Assembly: GCF_036321535.1 (NCBI RefSeq)
Contig: NC_087436.1
Coordinates: 85,438,001 to 85,502,000, forward strand
Origin: Camelus dromedarius
Lineage: Eukaryota
DNA length: 64,000 nucleotides
Reading direction: 5' to 3'
The notes under the pieces are model-generated. The model was not told the DNA's origin, made no database searches, and worked only from the letters and a program-made list of their open reading frames with translations. The translations under genes and the position numbers were made by a program. Within the stretch, counting starts at the first letter, position 1, and every line of letters begins with the position of its first letter. Shown here piece by piece: positions 12,834 to 27,647 of the stretch.

Positions 12834-14163
12834 TGATATATCCTTCTATCTGTTTCACCCCATCTCTAAACATAATGAAAGGTTTGTGTCAGTGGCTCTG
12901 TGGCTAGGTGGGCCCACTAGCCAAGCATGCAGCCACACTGTATGTTGCTGTTGTGCAAACTGGATAAAAAATTCCTCTTTTATAGCCTCATGCCAGGGTC
13001 CACAGCCTGGCAAGCAAAGTTGAGAATGGATTTCAGCTCCTCCACTGCCCCACCTTGCCTGGGATCCCTTGTGCAAGACACAGATTGTACAACTGTATTT
13101 AGTGGCCTGGCTATAGGAAAAAAAAATACCTTGGTTTCATCAAAATTGTTTCTTAGCATACTATGGTACATTAGTAGGATAATTATAGACCATCAGGAAA
13201 CAGAAAAATAAATTTGATATAATAAGTAAAAATAGTAGCACACACACACACAAAAACCAGCATGTTCCCTAGAATTGGAACATGTAAAAGAGGGTCACAT
13301 ATAAAAGATAATATGCAAACTAAGAATGGTTGTGCTGGGGAAAAAAAAGATTATGGGTGACATTTTGAAATTAAAAGTTGCATAAACAACTGTTAAACCT
13401 AACAGTAATGGGATTCTGGTCTTGCCATTTTAATCTGGGGAGGTGATGCGTATAAAGCTCTTGGCTAGAATTGTGACGTGCTTTCATTGGTGGACACAGT
13501 GCTACTGACCCTTTGCCAGGAGTCATGTGCCTTTTGAAGCCATCTCTCTCCTTTTGCTTCCTCTCCCTTGTGGCTGAGGGGGGTATGTAATTTTGAGGTG
13601 GCTCATCAAAGCCTGGGGTGTGGACCATGTCTGTGAATTAGAAGGAAGTGTAACACTCTGTGCAGGATCAAACTCACACTCAGCCTCATCAGCCTCATGT
13701 GCCAGCTGGCTTTGCCAGCTGGCCCTTGTTAAGTTTCCTGCTCAGCCTAGATTGGTGGGAACTTCAGCAGAGCCCCTAACATGTGAGGGAATATAATACA
13801 TGCTTATGAGGAAGCACTGAAATAATCAGGAGCTAAGAAGCACAGTCAACCTGATATGAGAAAATCCGGTTTTGTAAAAGAAAATCTGGGCATGATTTCA
13901 TCTGCAGATGTGTTTTCCACTTTGTAAAAGACCTCACGATGGCTTCCTTCAAGTAGCAGACATTCTGGGGGCACTTAGAGTAAGAATCTGATTTAGAATT
14001 AGAAAGTATAATTTATATTTGCGTTTTAATGTACCTAGTCTGTAAACTGGGTTACAGTGGTATTACCCCTGGAGGGGAAGTTGCAGAGATGCATGCAGTG
14101 GGGCATTATCCTGCTAAGGTCAAGCCCACATGTGTGATTTCCCTCTTTGTTCTGTATTTGTAG

Positions 14164-14277
14164 AAGGAGCAACACACAGCGAACATCGAGCCCTCATGTC
14201 AGAACTCAAGATCCTCATTCATATTGGTCACCACCTCAATGTGGTCAATCTTCTCGGTGCCTGTACTAAGCCAGGGG
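14164..14277 (+). CDS. KDR: KDR exon 19 (kinase alphaC), 114 nt
   Basis: ttgtag|AAGGA...AGGGG|gtgagt; [38 protein letters not shown]. Confidence 0.97.
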
Positions 14278-14817
14278 GTGAGTGTCTGTGGATGGTTCTG
14301 GTTGCCTGGTTTTGGCGTCTACTTCTCTGTTAGTATTTGAGGGAAACCACCCAACTCCCATGGCCTTCATTCCCTTCCCTTAGGATACTTTGGCAGATTC
14401 CTGGATATAAGCATATTTCATGGAGGTTTAAGGGGTGCTGTAAATTATTCTAGAACTTCCTGTGAATTAAAAAAAATGCTACATCACTATAATACAGTTG
14501 TCTACTTTTGGAATAGGTGTTCAGATGAGAAAAGAGAACTTCCCCTTAAAGTTGAAAGCAAAAGACTTGAAGAGTAGTTCACTCTAAAATGGAGTCATCT
14601 TAGGGGATTGTGTTGAAAAGCAAGTGGGTGGATTTTCTTCTGAAATGTTGGTTAATCTTGTTGTGGAATCACCTTTTGGAAAAAGAAAAGCTACAACAGA
14701 AGGGAATTGCAACCAGCTGATTTCTCTGATCCTATTTCCAGGGAAAGGTTGTAGCCTCTTCTATGATTATTTTCTGGCTCATTGATGTATTAAGCACTTG
14801 ATGAGAAACATGAGTGA

Positions 14818-15015
<198 letters not shown>

Positions 15016-15550
15016 TAAATTTTTTCATTAAAATTCTGTGAAGAACTTGTGAGGAATCTTTTCACATCACCTCTTGGCTGTTGTCACATCCTCTTTTCCC
15101 TTCTGGAGGACATGTACTTCTCATGTGTTATCTTTGTGACTCTAATCTCCTGACCCGTTGTGGATGATGCCTAAGGAGGGGGAAGGTGGGTGTGATTAAG
15201 GGACAGGAATGACAGGGGAAGGACAGCTCTGGGTTGTTCTGTCTCTACCCTGGCCATATTTGGCCCTATGGAGTGTTAATCCCTCTCTCAAAAGCGGCCT
15301 AATGTTGGAAGTGTGTCTGAGTGAAACTTGAAACAAGGCCCTTAGCTCTTCAAGCTAAAAAGCAACCAGGCTTTAGGGAAGAAAATCTACTACGTAGAAC
15401 ACTTACCCAAAATTTCAGCCCAGAGGTTCCATGGTCTTGAACTTTATGTCCCACTTGTCTTCTTTTAATAGTTATAATTGTTTGTATAGTTTACTACGTT
15501 TTAGAGATTTTTCTGATATTCAAGGAGTTTGCTCATTTGCTTCATTTTAG

Positions 15551-15730
<180 letters not shown>

Positions 15731-17565
15731 TAGCGCGTGCTCTTGTGGGAACAGACAAGGTGACAGGGTGTTATGAGGAATTTTGTCATAGAAAAGTCCA
15801 CAACTACCTAATATTTAAAAGAGGCCTGAATTTCTAGAATCCTCCATTCAGCCTCCCCAGAGCTGTAGGGTGGAAGGCCGACAGAAGCAGCAGGCCAGGT
15901 TGAGAGGCAGAGCACGGGCAGCCTGAGAAATTTCTGTCCCTCAGGAGAGCTAAGCAGTTGGCATTGTCAAACCAATGCTCTTCAAGTTTTGGGTCAGCAC
16001 TTATCAGCAAGAGAGGCTCAGTGCCATCTTCCGGACGGGCAGAGGAGGCTCACTGGTGGTTGCCAGCCTCCCTGTCGCCCACGGAAGTTCAGCCCCACAC
16101 CGCCTGCTTCACCAGCACAACAGAAGCCATCCACGTAGTCACACCCAGCCATCTCCCGGGCAGCGCAGGCATCTTTTGTTTCTGCCCCTCCCCACGTGGC
16201 TCATTAAGTCTTCCACACTTCTTCAGAGGAGTCTTGGTAAATCCACTTTTCCTTAGCCCGTTATGCTTCCCCTGATGCTTCAGTGCTGTTTATGACGGGA
16301 GCTGTGTTCGCAGCCTGACTTTCAGGACCTCTTCCAGCTTCAGGATACACTGCATATCTGCTTCCCGCAGAGGGAGCAGTGACGGTGCCATGGAGGGAGC
16401 GGTGGGGATTCCTGACACCTGGCCCTTCTTGAAGTGTGAGCTCGAAAGAAGAAAAACCATGAAATATTGGAAGAAATCCGCTTCGGTTTCCTTTGACACA
16501 AGGCCACAGAGAGAACTTAGAATTTGACTTCTCCCCCATAGAAGCTGAGCAGGCAGTGTGAGGCTGGAACTTGGTCTGAAAAAGCGTGGGGAGGTTGTGT
16601 AGACCTCACATAACTGGGCGCACGCTGAGTGGAGCCAGCTCTGCCCCATCTGCTCTCTCACAAAATGGCAGTCATTGAGCTGGAAACCCAAGGGACTGAG
16701 GGAGTCAATTGGAGTAGAGGGGGTGTTGACCTGGGATTTTGCCTCCATTTCTTCATCTGGAAAATAAAGGGGTTTCATTCATTAGTCACGAGAGCCCTCC
16801 ACCCTAATCACAGAAAATCATTGAAAAAAAGGTTCATAAACTTTTTTAATACATACAAGGTTATTTTACAACTGAGTTTTCATTTACTCTGGTATTTGTC
16901 TCCAGGAATGAAGCCATGTCTTATCTTATCTGAAACACCCATTAATGTCTTAATGTTTATTTGTACCAATTGCACGGAAGTAAATACCACGAATTTACGT
17001 AAATTCATCTCTCGCTCTGTCTTCCTGTCATCTCATTCATATCCTTGAAGGAGAAACAGCATCCTTACGGGCCAGATTTACTGTGCTTACAGCACTTTCT
17101 CAGCTTGAAAGTGAGAGAAGTAAACATATTTCTGGTATTTTTAGTTATCCGTTGTAGATTATGGTTTGACCTTTCGCCTTTGTTCCAGGACAAAGCCTGG
17201 AGAGAAAAGGTTCAATGACCCTGAATATTGTTGTCTTATTTTTAGAGTTCTTGATATGAAACTATTGTTTATCCCTCTGGATACATGAAAAAAAAAAAAA
17301 AACAGTTTACAAAAGCAAATTTGGAAAAGCCCTCTTTTACATCTCTGTCGTCTGTGACAATTTTGCCTCCATTTTGCCTCCTGGATTTTTTCATCCAATT
17401 TGGCAAAAATGGAAAAACCAGTATTTTTGCTAAGGGGTCTGATGAAGGCTAAGGATATACCAGGATTCAGCATATTTACAGGAGATAGAAACATTTTCCG
17501 GGTGCTTCTACTTCCTGAAATTTGACTCCCAATTTTTAAAATGAAGATTACTCTCTCACACTTAG

Positions 17566-17769
<204 letters not shown>

Positions 17770-17889
17770 TAGATGTCCATCGACGTTTGCTTGGGACTGC
17801 AATTCATTCACCACTCCTGGGACTATTAAAAGAGCGCTACTGAGGAGGCCCCATTTCTGCTAAATAAGAGGGTATTAGAATGTCATGAA

Positions 17890-18260
17890 ATTAATTCATG
17901 TGATGAATACTTACTGAGCATCTCCCAAGGGCAGGCGGTGTTCTCAGCACTAAGGATACTGTGTGAACAAGTAGGCAAGACTCTCCACCTTCATGGAGTT
18001 GACATCCTAGTGGGTGGAACAAACAATAGAGCAAGTGCAATGCCTGGTGGGGTAGATGGGAGTGAGCGCTGTGGAGGAAAATAAGCAGGAAAGAGTTACA
18101 GAGTAGACAGGAGTGGTATGTTTGTATGTTCGTATGTCTTTGTGTTTGCGTACGTCAATTTTAAACAAAGTGGACGTGGAAGGCTTTAGGGGAATGTGAC
18201 ATTTGAGTAATGACCTGGAAGAGGTGAGGGACGGAGCCTTGCAGATATCTTGGCACAGGA
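17890..18260 (-). mobile_element. L2 3' end remnant
   Basis: tacttactgagcat...gaacaag...ccttcatggagttgacatcctagtggg...gacatttgag. Confidence 0.7.
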
Positions 18261-18918
18261 GAGTCTCCTTTTAATTTATTTTACATTCATCTCCATCCAT
18301 CAAAAAGTATTTGTTAGTTGTATAATTAGAAACCAGGAAGGACAGGCTTTAGATGAGAGCGATTAAAAGGGCTAAAATTAGAAAAATGGGCCAAACAAAG
18401 GCTGAGGTGAGTACGTGACAAGTTACAAACATTCCAAAGGTTGTAAACACTGCGGAGGGAGCAGGTCACCCCCTGGAAAGAGTAAAATGGATGGTTTGAC
18501 ATCAAACCAGACAAAATTCAAATTAAGTTACAGGAGAAATTGTTAGTTGACAGAAGGCATTTGCTGCAGCCTGCTGTGGGAAGAAAGACTTAAAGTTCTG
18601 GTTTCTTTTCTAAATGAGTTGAATCCCTTACCCATTTCTTTTTCTGAGGTTTAAAGCTTTTCACAACTTCCAGAGTCTCAGGATCTCAGATTTTTCTGCC
18701 TGGGAGCGCTTGTCTTCTCTCTCCCAAAAGGAAGGGAGAGACGTAGGATCTTATCGGATTTTCCCAAAGAGAAAGGCCCTTCTTGAAGATTCTAATTTTA
18801 TTTTATTAATATTATTTTTTAGGGCCAGAGTCTCCCATTTAGGCAGGGTTCCTTTGATGGGAAAGGGAATAGGGGGTGGGGTGGGGGGCAATCCTGTAAC
18901 TTCCCTTGTATCTACTAT

Positions 18919-19065
18919 CTGATTCTTTTTTCTCTTTTCTTTTCTTTTTCTGTCGTTAAGGGAAAGTGCAGCTTTTATTTCAGGGCACCAGTCTCATATG
19001 ATGTCACTTATATGCAGAATCTTTAAAAAATGGTACAAATGAACTTATTTACCAGCTGATTTCTT
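18919..19065 (-). mobile_element. Small chimeric L1-mediated retro-insertion with inverted L1 fragment
   Basis: TSD-like ctgatt(t)ctt on both sides, T-rich tail, minus-strand AATAAA, then a + strand L1 3' fragment. Confidence 0.55.
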
Positions 19066-20048
19066 GAGTAGCACCAGGTTGCTGGCTTGAAAAAGGAAGC
19101 TCTTTGGTTGGGGGCAAAGTAGAAAGAACTGTGCTTTGGGGAAGCTCCTGTCGCGCTCAGTCATGCCAGACAGTGTGCTTTTGAACGTGCCTCATTCAGA
19201 GGGCAGTGCTATACAGACGCGCAGTTGGAGGCGGGGGATCTGCTATGCCTAGCTCGCTCAGCACTCCTGCACTGACTTGAGTTTTCACCATTTCTAAAAG
19301 TTCCCCTAGACTCCTGTGCTCTCATAAATCTTTCAGGTGTAGGAAGTCAGATGAAATTAAGGGATACAAAAATAAAAAAAAAAATAAGAAGAAGAAGTTA
19401 AGGGATACAGAGAAGAGAGAAACTGAGGAACAGGCAAGAATAGAAGGAAAGCCAAGGAGAATTTGGTTTCCCTTTGTAGTGCACCAGAGAATTCACTTGA
19501 CAGGTGAGAGGCTGGATGTGCTTTAATCGACATCTCTGACAATCCAGCACTTTGAAAAGAGGATGAGCACCCCCTGGGAACTGTTTCTCAGAGCTGGTCC
19601 AGCTTCAGTTACATATGGAACGGAGAAACCGACAAAGGGCACCAAACCAAGGGAAGCCCCTTGCTTCTGATTTCCATGCATTCATTCAAAATAAATCCCA
19701 CTCTGGGGCCTCCTTAGGATAACACGTTTTAACCGTATATGGTGCCAGGCAAAAGGGATGTGTGGATGTGACCAGAAACACATTCTTAATTGTGTCCAAG
19801 AGAAATCTATTTATGACTCCATCATCAGGCTATAACTTAATTATTTAATTCCAGAGTCGTGGGCTGTTTATGGAATAAACAGATGTGTGTCTCAACGAAA
19901 CTCACAGATTTTTTTCCTGAAGTGTTGATAAAAGATGTTAACCCAGTGCTTGTTAATCAGTTGGTTTTCTGATGTGGGTTTTTTTATTTTTTTAAAGCAT
20001 GAGGTCACAACAGATGTAGAAGAGATCAGCTATGCGAGCTAGTCCTAA

Positions 20049-20297
<249 letters not shown>

Positions 20298-20335
20298 TGA
20301 GTTGGGTTCTCACCCCTTGTTCCCTACGCCCATAG

Positions 20336-20485
<150 letters not shown>

Positions 20486-20585
20486 TAGAATGATAAATGT
20501 CTGTGGCTCCAGTGTGCTTTTTCCCTTGCCTGTATTCCACCTTTATTGGGTGAAACTTACTTGGAGGCTTTGGGTTGTAAAATGT

Positions 20586-20655
20586 AAAAAAAAAAAAAAA
20601 AAAAGAAAAGAAAGAAAGAAAGAAAAGAAAAGCAAAAAGAAAGGAAGGAAAAGAG
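20586..20655. repeat. Poly(A)/GAAA-rich tract
   Basis: Long A run followed by gaaa/gaaaa units. Confidence 0.85.
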
Positions 20656-20749
20656 GTATGTATGGGAAGAAGGTGTTCAGGAATCAGGCTCAGGGCTTTC
20701 TGCAAGAGAAAAATCCAATCAGTCATGTCCCATTCCTGTTTTATTCTAG

Positions 20750-20849
20750 GTGCTTCTCCATATCCTGGAGTAAAGATTGATGAGGAATTTTGTAGGCGAT
20801 TGAAAGAAGGAACTCGGATGAGAGCCCCTGATTACACCACACCAGAAAT
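20750..20849 (+). CDS. KDR: KDR exon 25, 100 nt
   Basis: ttctag|GTGCT...GAAAT|gtaaga; [34 protein letters not shown]. Confidence 0.97.
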
Positions 20850-21166
20850 GTAAGACTTTACAAGCATGTTCCTATCCTCCTTCTTTGCTCACAAAAATTT
20901 GCCCTGCTGAGAAGACTCTCTGTTATATAAACCTCCTTCATGGCCCAGTTTGTGTCTTACTTCTCCCTTGAGGTCTTCTTTGATAATCTCAAGTACAGAG
21001 TCATCCTTCTTGAAATGACAGCACTTTATCTATACCAGCCAGTCAGTTTTTATTGGATGTTGATTTATAATGTTTCCTTTTCTCGACACACTTGATGCTC
21101 CAAGTGTAGGGCTCTGTGTCTTACACATTTTCATATCCCTATTTACCATCACAGTGGACTTTTTAG

Positions 21167-21424
<258 letters not shown>

Positions 21425-21684
21425 TAGACCTTCTCACAGCCACCACGCCAGCCTCTCAGCCACTGCACAGGGAGCTACAATTCTTCCCAGTCGGAGCAGT
21501 AATGCTTCTCTAAAAGCTATAATTACCCCTTTAGAGAGATGAGATCCTACTTCAAACCTGGGAGCTGATCACTTTTATTTTTACCAATGTGTATTTTGGT
21601 AACCAGTAAAAATACATACTGATGTATCCATTTGATAAAATATTGATGTATTTTAACTTTAGAAGAGTGTATCTCATATTCATA

Positions 21685-21720
21685 AAAACCAAAACCAAAA
21701 CCAAAACCAAAACCAAAACC
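21685..21720. repeat. (AAAACC)6 microsatellite
   Basis: Six perfect hexamer units. Confidence 0.95.
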
Positions 21721-22470
21721 TAGTTGATACACCGGGTATCTCCAGTGGACAGAATTTCAAGGAATTTTAAATACATTCTTCAGGCAAAAATACATTTGAA
21801 CCCTGCAAAATAGGTGGCTTTTTCCTTGGTAAAATCCCAGGCTTCCATAACTTCCACTGGAGGATTTTAGAGTTGTAGCCTTTCGCATTAGGAAGTTTTT
21901 AATCTCTAGTCAGCACCTCTTACTACAGTGAATAGAAACCAATATCCTCCTGCTTTTGACCAGCTGGGGGACAATGGGTCAAATCTGTCTTTATCAATAA
22001 ACCTTCCAAACATTTAACGGCATCAAATTGCCCTTTCTTTCTTTCTCTTGATGAAATAATGTTAAAGTTGTGCAGCCTTTTCTTGGAAGACCCATTTCCC
22101 TGCACATTTATTGCTTTTCTTTGAACTGTCATCAGTTTTCCCATTGTCTTGGAGTGTAGAGGCTAAAACTGGATGACATGCCCTTTCAAGGACCTGGCTT
22201 CTGTCGACAGGACTTGGTGAAGAAATGATTTCCCAGCTCCGCATGTTCGTTGTAGCCATCTCTCTCTGTGGTCCCCTTACCCATCTTGGTTATTGTTAGT
22301 TCCTTTAATATCCTTTCATATACACGTCCCTTTCAAGTGCCCTTCTGTTTTTGACAAGCCATTTTTAAAGTCATCTTAAAGTTTTGCCTTCAGATACAAA
22401 AGCCACGTTCCCCATAAACAAGAAGCCCCCATGGCCTTTGTTTTCCATGAAAAGGCTCTTGAAGGACTGA

Positions 22471-22746
<276 letters not shown>

Positions 22747-25549
22747 TAAAGCTGCTGCATTTCCCTTGCACATTTAACCTTCACCCTGAGAAGTGCTCCT
22801 TGAAGAGGGTCTGGGTAGGTGAATCTCCCTCCATCTGTGGTCCACATTGCTGCTGAAGCTCTTCCTTTCAGAATCCTAGGCCCTGCAGCTGCAAATAACT
22901 GGAATGCCACAGTTTGTTAATCTCCAGCAAAAGAGACCAGTTTTACAAAGACATCTGTATTTAAATTATCCCCATGTACTCTTTTATTAATATGAATTAA
23001 ATGGCTTAGGAAAGATTCAGGAAGGAAGAGTTCTTTGCATCTATGAAAACACACTTCTGCCTCTCTGGCTAGGATACAGGATGCCACGGGGATGCGTCCT
23101 GAATTAGACTGGACAGTGCATCTTTAGAAGCCCCTCCCAAGTCTGATTTTCAGCATTTTATTTGCATAATGGAACTTCTGGGCTTATTTAAAACATATGT
23201 ATTGCAGTGTTTTTCTGATAAGTAGCGGGGTTTCTAAAGGCAGCTTTCTTTTATTCTCTCCCAGCACCTGTGCATAAGGAGAGAGTTGAACTGGCTTCTA
23301 CAATACGGTATTAAAATTGCCTTTTACTAAGCCTGGGACTACTTCACTTTGCTTTGTTGCTGTTCCCACCCCTTTGGGTGTTTTCCTCCTGCAACCGGAC
23401 CCCTGACAGCGTGGGCCCAGCCTGGCCGCTCCCTGCCGTGTGTGCTGGGGCTGTAGGGAGGGGCACAGGGCTCCAGCACTTGGCCAGGTTGCCGGGTGGC
23501 AGGTGGGAGTCACCCTGGAGAGTTGGGCTCATGGAGGCACACAGAGAGGACAGCAGGGACACTGTCATGAGACAGGAGAAAGCTCCAAGCGGTTAGAAGC
23601 CAACTAGTGAGCTGCCCATTCCGTTTGTGTCAAGAACTTTCAGCATTTTCCCAAGAACTTTTCCTTGTGTTATCAGATGTAGCCAGCACTGGGCAAGGTA
23701 GAAACTGTTATCTTTTATGATGTGGATGTTAAACATGAGGCTCAGATCAGTTACCCGGGGAGAATACAACACTGTGGTTAAAGGTCCAGATTTTAGAGTT
23801 AAAGAGAACTGGGTTGGGTTCCCAATCTGCTCTTTGCAGCTGTGACCTGGCACAAATCTTCACTATGAGCCAGGCCAGGATGCTGGTGTTGTACAAAAAT
23901 GAGTACTTTGAGGATTACATAGTATAATGAATTTCTGAGTGTCTGGCACCTAGACACGACTCAATCAATGATAGCTATTAAATGAGCTGTTAAATACACA
24001 TCCCTAGGATGAATCCAGTTCCTCTGATACCTAACTCCATACCATGGAGGAGGCCTCAAAGAGAAAAAGTAATGAAATGAAAACCCATCATTCCACTCCC
24101 ACATTTAAAAAGTCCTAGTTCAAGTTCAGCTGGCCTTCCAGCATGGTAATGATTCCCACAACACCATTGCCTTCTGCTTTATCGCAATGCCATTTGATCA
24201 TGAGCTATGTTTCTTGGGTTTTCTGTGACCAGGTGGGGTGAGGACCCAAGCTGGCAGCCTCTTGGCTCACTCGGGCGCTTTGCATATGGTGCCGAGAGTC
24301 GATGAAGTCATGCGTGTGTAATGGAAGTGCCAAGTGTGAGGCTGGCTCTGCAACAGGGCTGCTAGCATTTATCCCCAGAAGCGTGGACAAATGTGACACC
24401 ACCCTCCCAACACAGGCCTGGCTCTGATTTTCTGTCTGTGATTTTCGAATTGGTCTTTCCAGTCCAGTTTCTCTTTTATCCAGCCATAATTTGAAAAATA
24501 AAATGGAAATCAGAGCCTTATGTCTGCTTCCCCACTTAACCCCCTCCTCCTTTCCCCCTTTTTATAAAAATAAGAGACCACGGTCACATTTTAATCATCT
24601 GGGTTAAATGAAAGGCAAGATCGAGGTGTCTGCACACGGCACATTTCATTTTGATGCTCTCTTGTGGTCCTGCTTCCCTGGGGAGGAAGAGGTGAGGCTG
24701 GGGTGACTCTCAGGGGACTTGTTCACTCATCTTTCACATTTCCCGTCAAGGAGAAAAGCCAAGGAGTCTCTCACTTGCTTCCTCCTTATAATTTTCAGTT
24801 TCATTGTGTTATAAATAGAGCTGGACAGAGACATCACAGTGGGAGCCGACCTCATGATTTTTTGCCCCTTTAAACTATTTTGAAAATATTTGTTCAGCAT
24901 GTATTTAGAGAAGAGGCTGAGTGGTAGGTGGGGGAAGGGTGAGGAGGAAGGCCCACTAGTGTCTAGACTTAGCTTCGTCTCCAATTTCCCCTGTGGATCA
25001 GCTCTAGCCCCAGGTTTGCATGCTTCTTGCAAGAAAACACACCTTTATTGGACTCGTCTTTCTTGGAGGGCAGTTTGGGGACCATCTGCGGTTGCTCCAC
25101 CATTTCTCCTGGGAGTTTCACCTCCCACTCCAAGCAGCTTATCAAAGATTTCTTTTCAGTTCTCTCCCAAAGAAAGGTTCTGGCACATAACTTTTTTTTT
25201 TTTTTTTTCATTTTGGTTAATTGCTAGTGATGATTTAAATGGTCCCTGTAGATTGATGCCTGAGACGGCCTGTTGGCTAGATGTCCCTGAATTTGGCTCT
25301 CATATTAGACTGCTTGAAGTGAAGCTGTCCTTTCTCCACCCTTTGTCTGTCTCACAGCCCACGGTCCCCCTCCCCCCCCCCCCCTCACCGCACCATCAGT
25401 GCACATGTGGGTGAGAGCAGGGCTGGGCGCACACTCGGTGCTTCATAAAGACTTGCGTAGTCATACCCACTGCTCTCTTCTTCCTCCTCTTCCTGATGCT
25501 TGTCCAAGGGAGTCCATGTGGAATAAGGTGAAAACAAACAAAGCCAACC

Positions 25550-26275
25550 CCACGTGGGCTTCAGAGTCTGAAGACTTAAGTTTGAATCCCTGTTCTGGCC
25601 CTTTCCTCCCTAAGGCCTAGCTTCCTCATCTCCAGATAGGAAATAATAATAATAATAAGCCCTGTTTTGTAGTTTTCTGAAGAGCAGATGCAACGATGTC
25701 CATGAAAATGCCCTGTCAACTCTGAAGGGTCAAGCAGTGTTGGGAATTACTGGGCTCAGAAAGGAAGGAGCTGGCTGTTCTAGGGCAGTCGCATGACTGT
25801 CCCAGCTCACCAACTCCAGCTGATGCTACATCCCAGATACCTCTGGGATCTGTCCACTCCTCCAGACCCTGTGGGCATCACCTTTCTTTAGTCAGGCCAC
25901 TCCTCCTTCTCCTAGAGTAGTGGAACCACCCCCTCATGGGTCTCATGGCCTCTGGTCTTACCCTCCTCAACCCAGAGTCATCTTTCTAAAGGGCATAGCT
26001 GACTTTGTCAATCTCCTGCTTAAAATTCTTCAGCGGCTGCCATTGCCCTCAAGATAATAATTCAGATATTCCAATAGGTGATTTTGGATAGGCTCCTTAG
26101 CCTTTCTATGCCTCAGTTCCTTATCTGAAGTTGGGAGAATAATAGCCACCCCTAGAGAGGCCCCGTTTGTGGGGATGCATGAGACAGTGGTTGAGGAGCA
26201 CCTAACACAGTGCCTGGCACGTGGGGGAGTTTCAGTAAAGGATTCCTGGATAAGTGAATGAATGAATGATTGACT
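25550..26275 (+). mobile_element. Cluster of MIR and L2 remnants
   Basis: MIR-like ttcctcatct...gaaataata; L2-like ctcctgcttaaaa...cccattgccctca and terminal cacagtgcctggcac...gaatgaatgaatga. Confidence 0.6.
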
Positions 26276-27547
26276 GTGGTACCAATACATTTTGATAGTC
26301 ACCACTTTCAGGGACTGGACGTAGAAGTAGGTGCTTCTCTCTTCTTGTGTATCATGTTCTCTGTCCTGTGGAGTTTCCTGAGTGAGGACATCACTGGTGA
26401 GCCTCACTCTCTTCTATGTAAGAGGAGGAACCAGCCTCCTGGGGCAGGGGAGGGAGACTGGGCTTCCGTTATCGAAGTACACTGGGTTAAGAGTGAAGAG
26501 TGAATTTGCTGTCCTTTCCTGGGAAAGGACTTCCTTCTCTCCACTTGGGCTGATTTTAACAGAATCACTCAGACTCACCCAAAGCCACATGGCAGGGAAG
26601 GAGCTCCCCTAGGGAACAGGTGATGTGATGTCTGACAAGTCCTGTTCTTTGGACTCCTGAAAGAAACTGGTACCCTTTGGAATGCAAAGGAGGAAAACAA
26701 GCTTTGATGGCGTGTCGCTCTAAGACCCACTTACCATCCACCATTAATCACGTCAGTCATCCTCCAGGTATCTTTGTGAGTAAGGGAAGGAAAGCTATTG
26801 CCAGTACCTTTTAAAGATGGGGCAACAGAGATATAGAAATAATTAATGACTTTCCCAAATCTGTGTCTTCCGGGGTAGACTTAGAAATAGACAAACTATC
26901 TCGCAACTCTCAAACTACAGCCCCAACTCTGTGAGCTGAACACAGGAGACTGTGAGACTCAGCCCACCTCCGTTCCACCCCGTAAGCTTCTGTTACATGG
27001 AGAATGAGAAGATTGTCTCCAGACCCTTTTGGGTTCAGCATCCTTCACTGAACCCAGGTGAGACTCAGTGAGCTCTGCAGGTGTTTCCTCTGGCCATCTT
27101 TCATTGAATGGTTGCTCTGTGAGCATTGTCTAGCACAACTTGCCTAGGAGATGGCCAGAGAGATGTGCAATGCTCGGTAATATGCAGGGAGCTCAGTGGA
27201 GGAATCGCAGGCAATCAGGAAGCCAAGCAGAAGGCAGCTGATCTTGAGTCTGCTTGTGTTGTCTTCAGTCCAGACCTGGACCTCAGAAGTATGATTCAAA
27301 GGAAAAACGGCTCTTCTAGGCCCTTCAGTTGTATTATACTTTTAAATGGACTTTCACAGGAAATTAAGCCTTCAGTGTGTGTGCAGGCAGAGAAAGATTT
27401 TTGTTTGGTTTGGTTTTTCTTTTTCCAGAGGATGTTTTGAAGGTGGCTATTAAACTTGTGGTTGAAAGATAATGAACTTAGGTATCTCTTGTGGGATCTG
27501 TAGCCAAATATACCACCACTCAAATATAAATATTTGTTCTTTTGCAG

Positions 27548-27647
27548 TCAGTATCTGCAGAACAGTAAGCAAAAGAGCCGGCCTGTGAGTGTAAAAACAT
27601 TTGAAGATATCCCGTTGGAAGAACCAGAAGTAAAAGTAATCCCAGAT
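27548..27647 (+). CDS. KDR: KDR exon 28, 100 nt
   Basis: ttgcag|TCAGT...CAGAT|gtaagt; [34 protein letters not shown]. Confidence 0.96.

Noticed and set aside
21547..21732. FG-repeat (GFGFGF) peptide ORF
   Set aside because: It is the translation of the (AAAACC)6 microsatellite.
24890..25414. Longest ORF in the track (174 aa) in intron 27
   Set aside because: Non-ATG start, low-complexity F and P runs from homopolymers, no recognisable homology.
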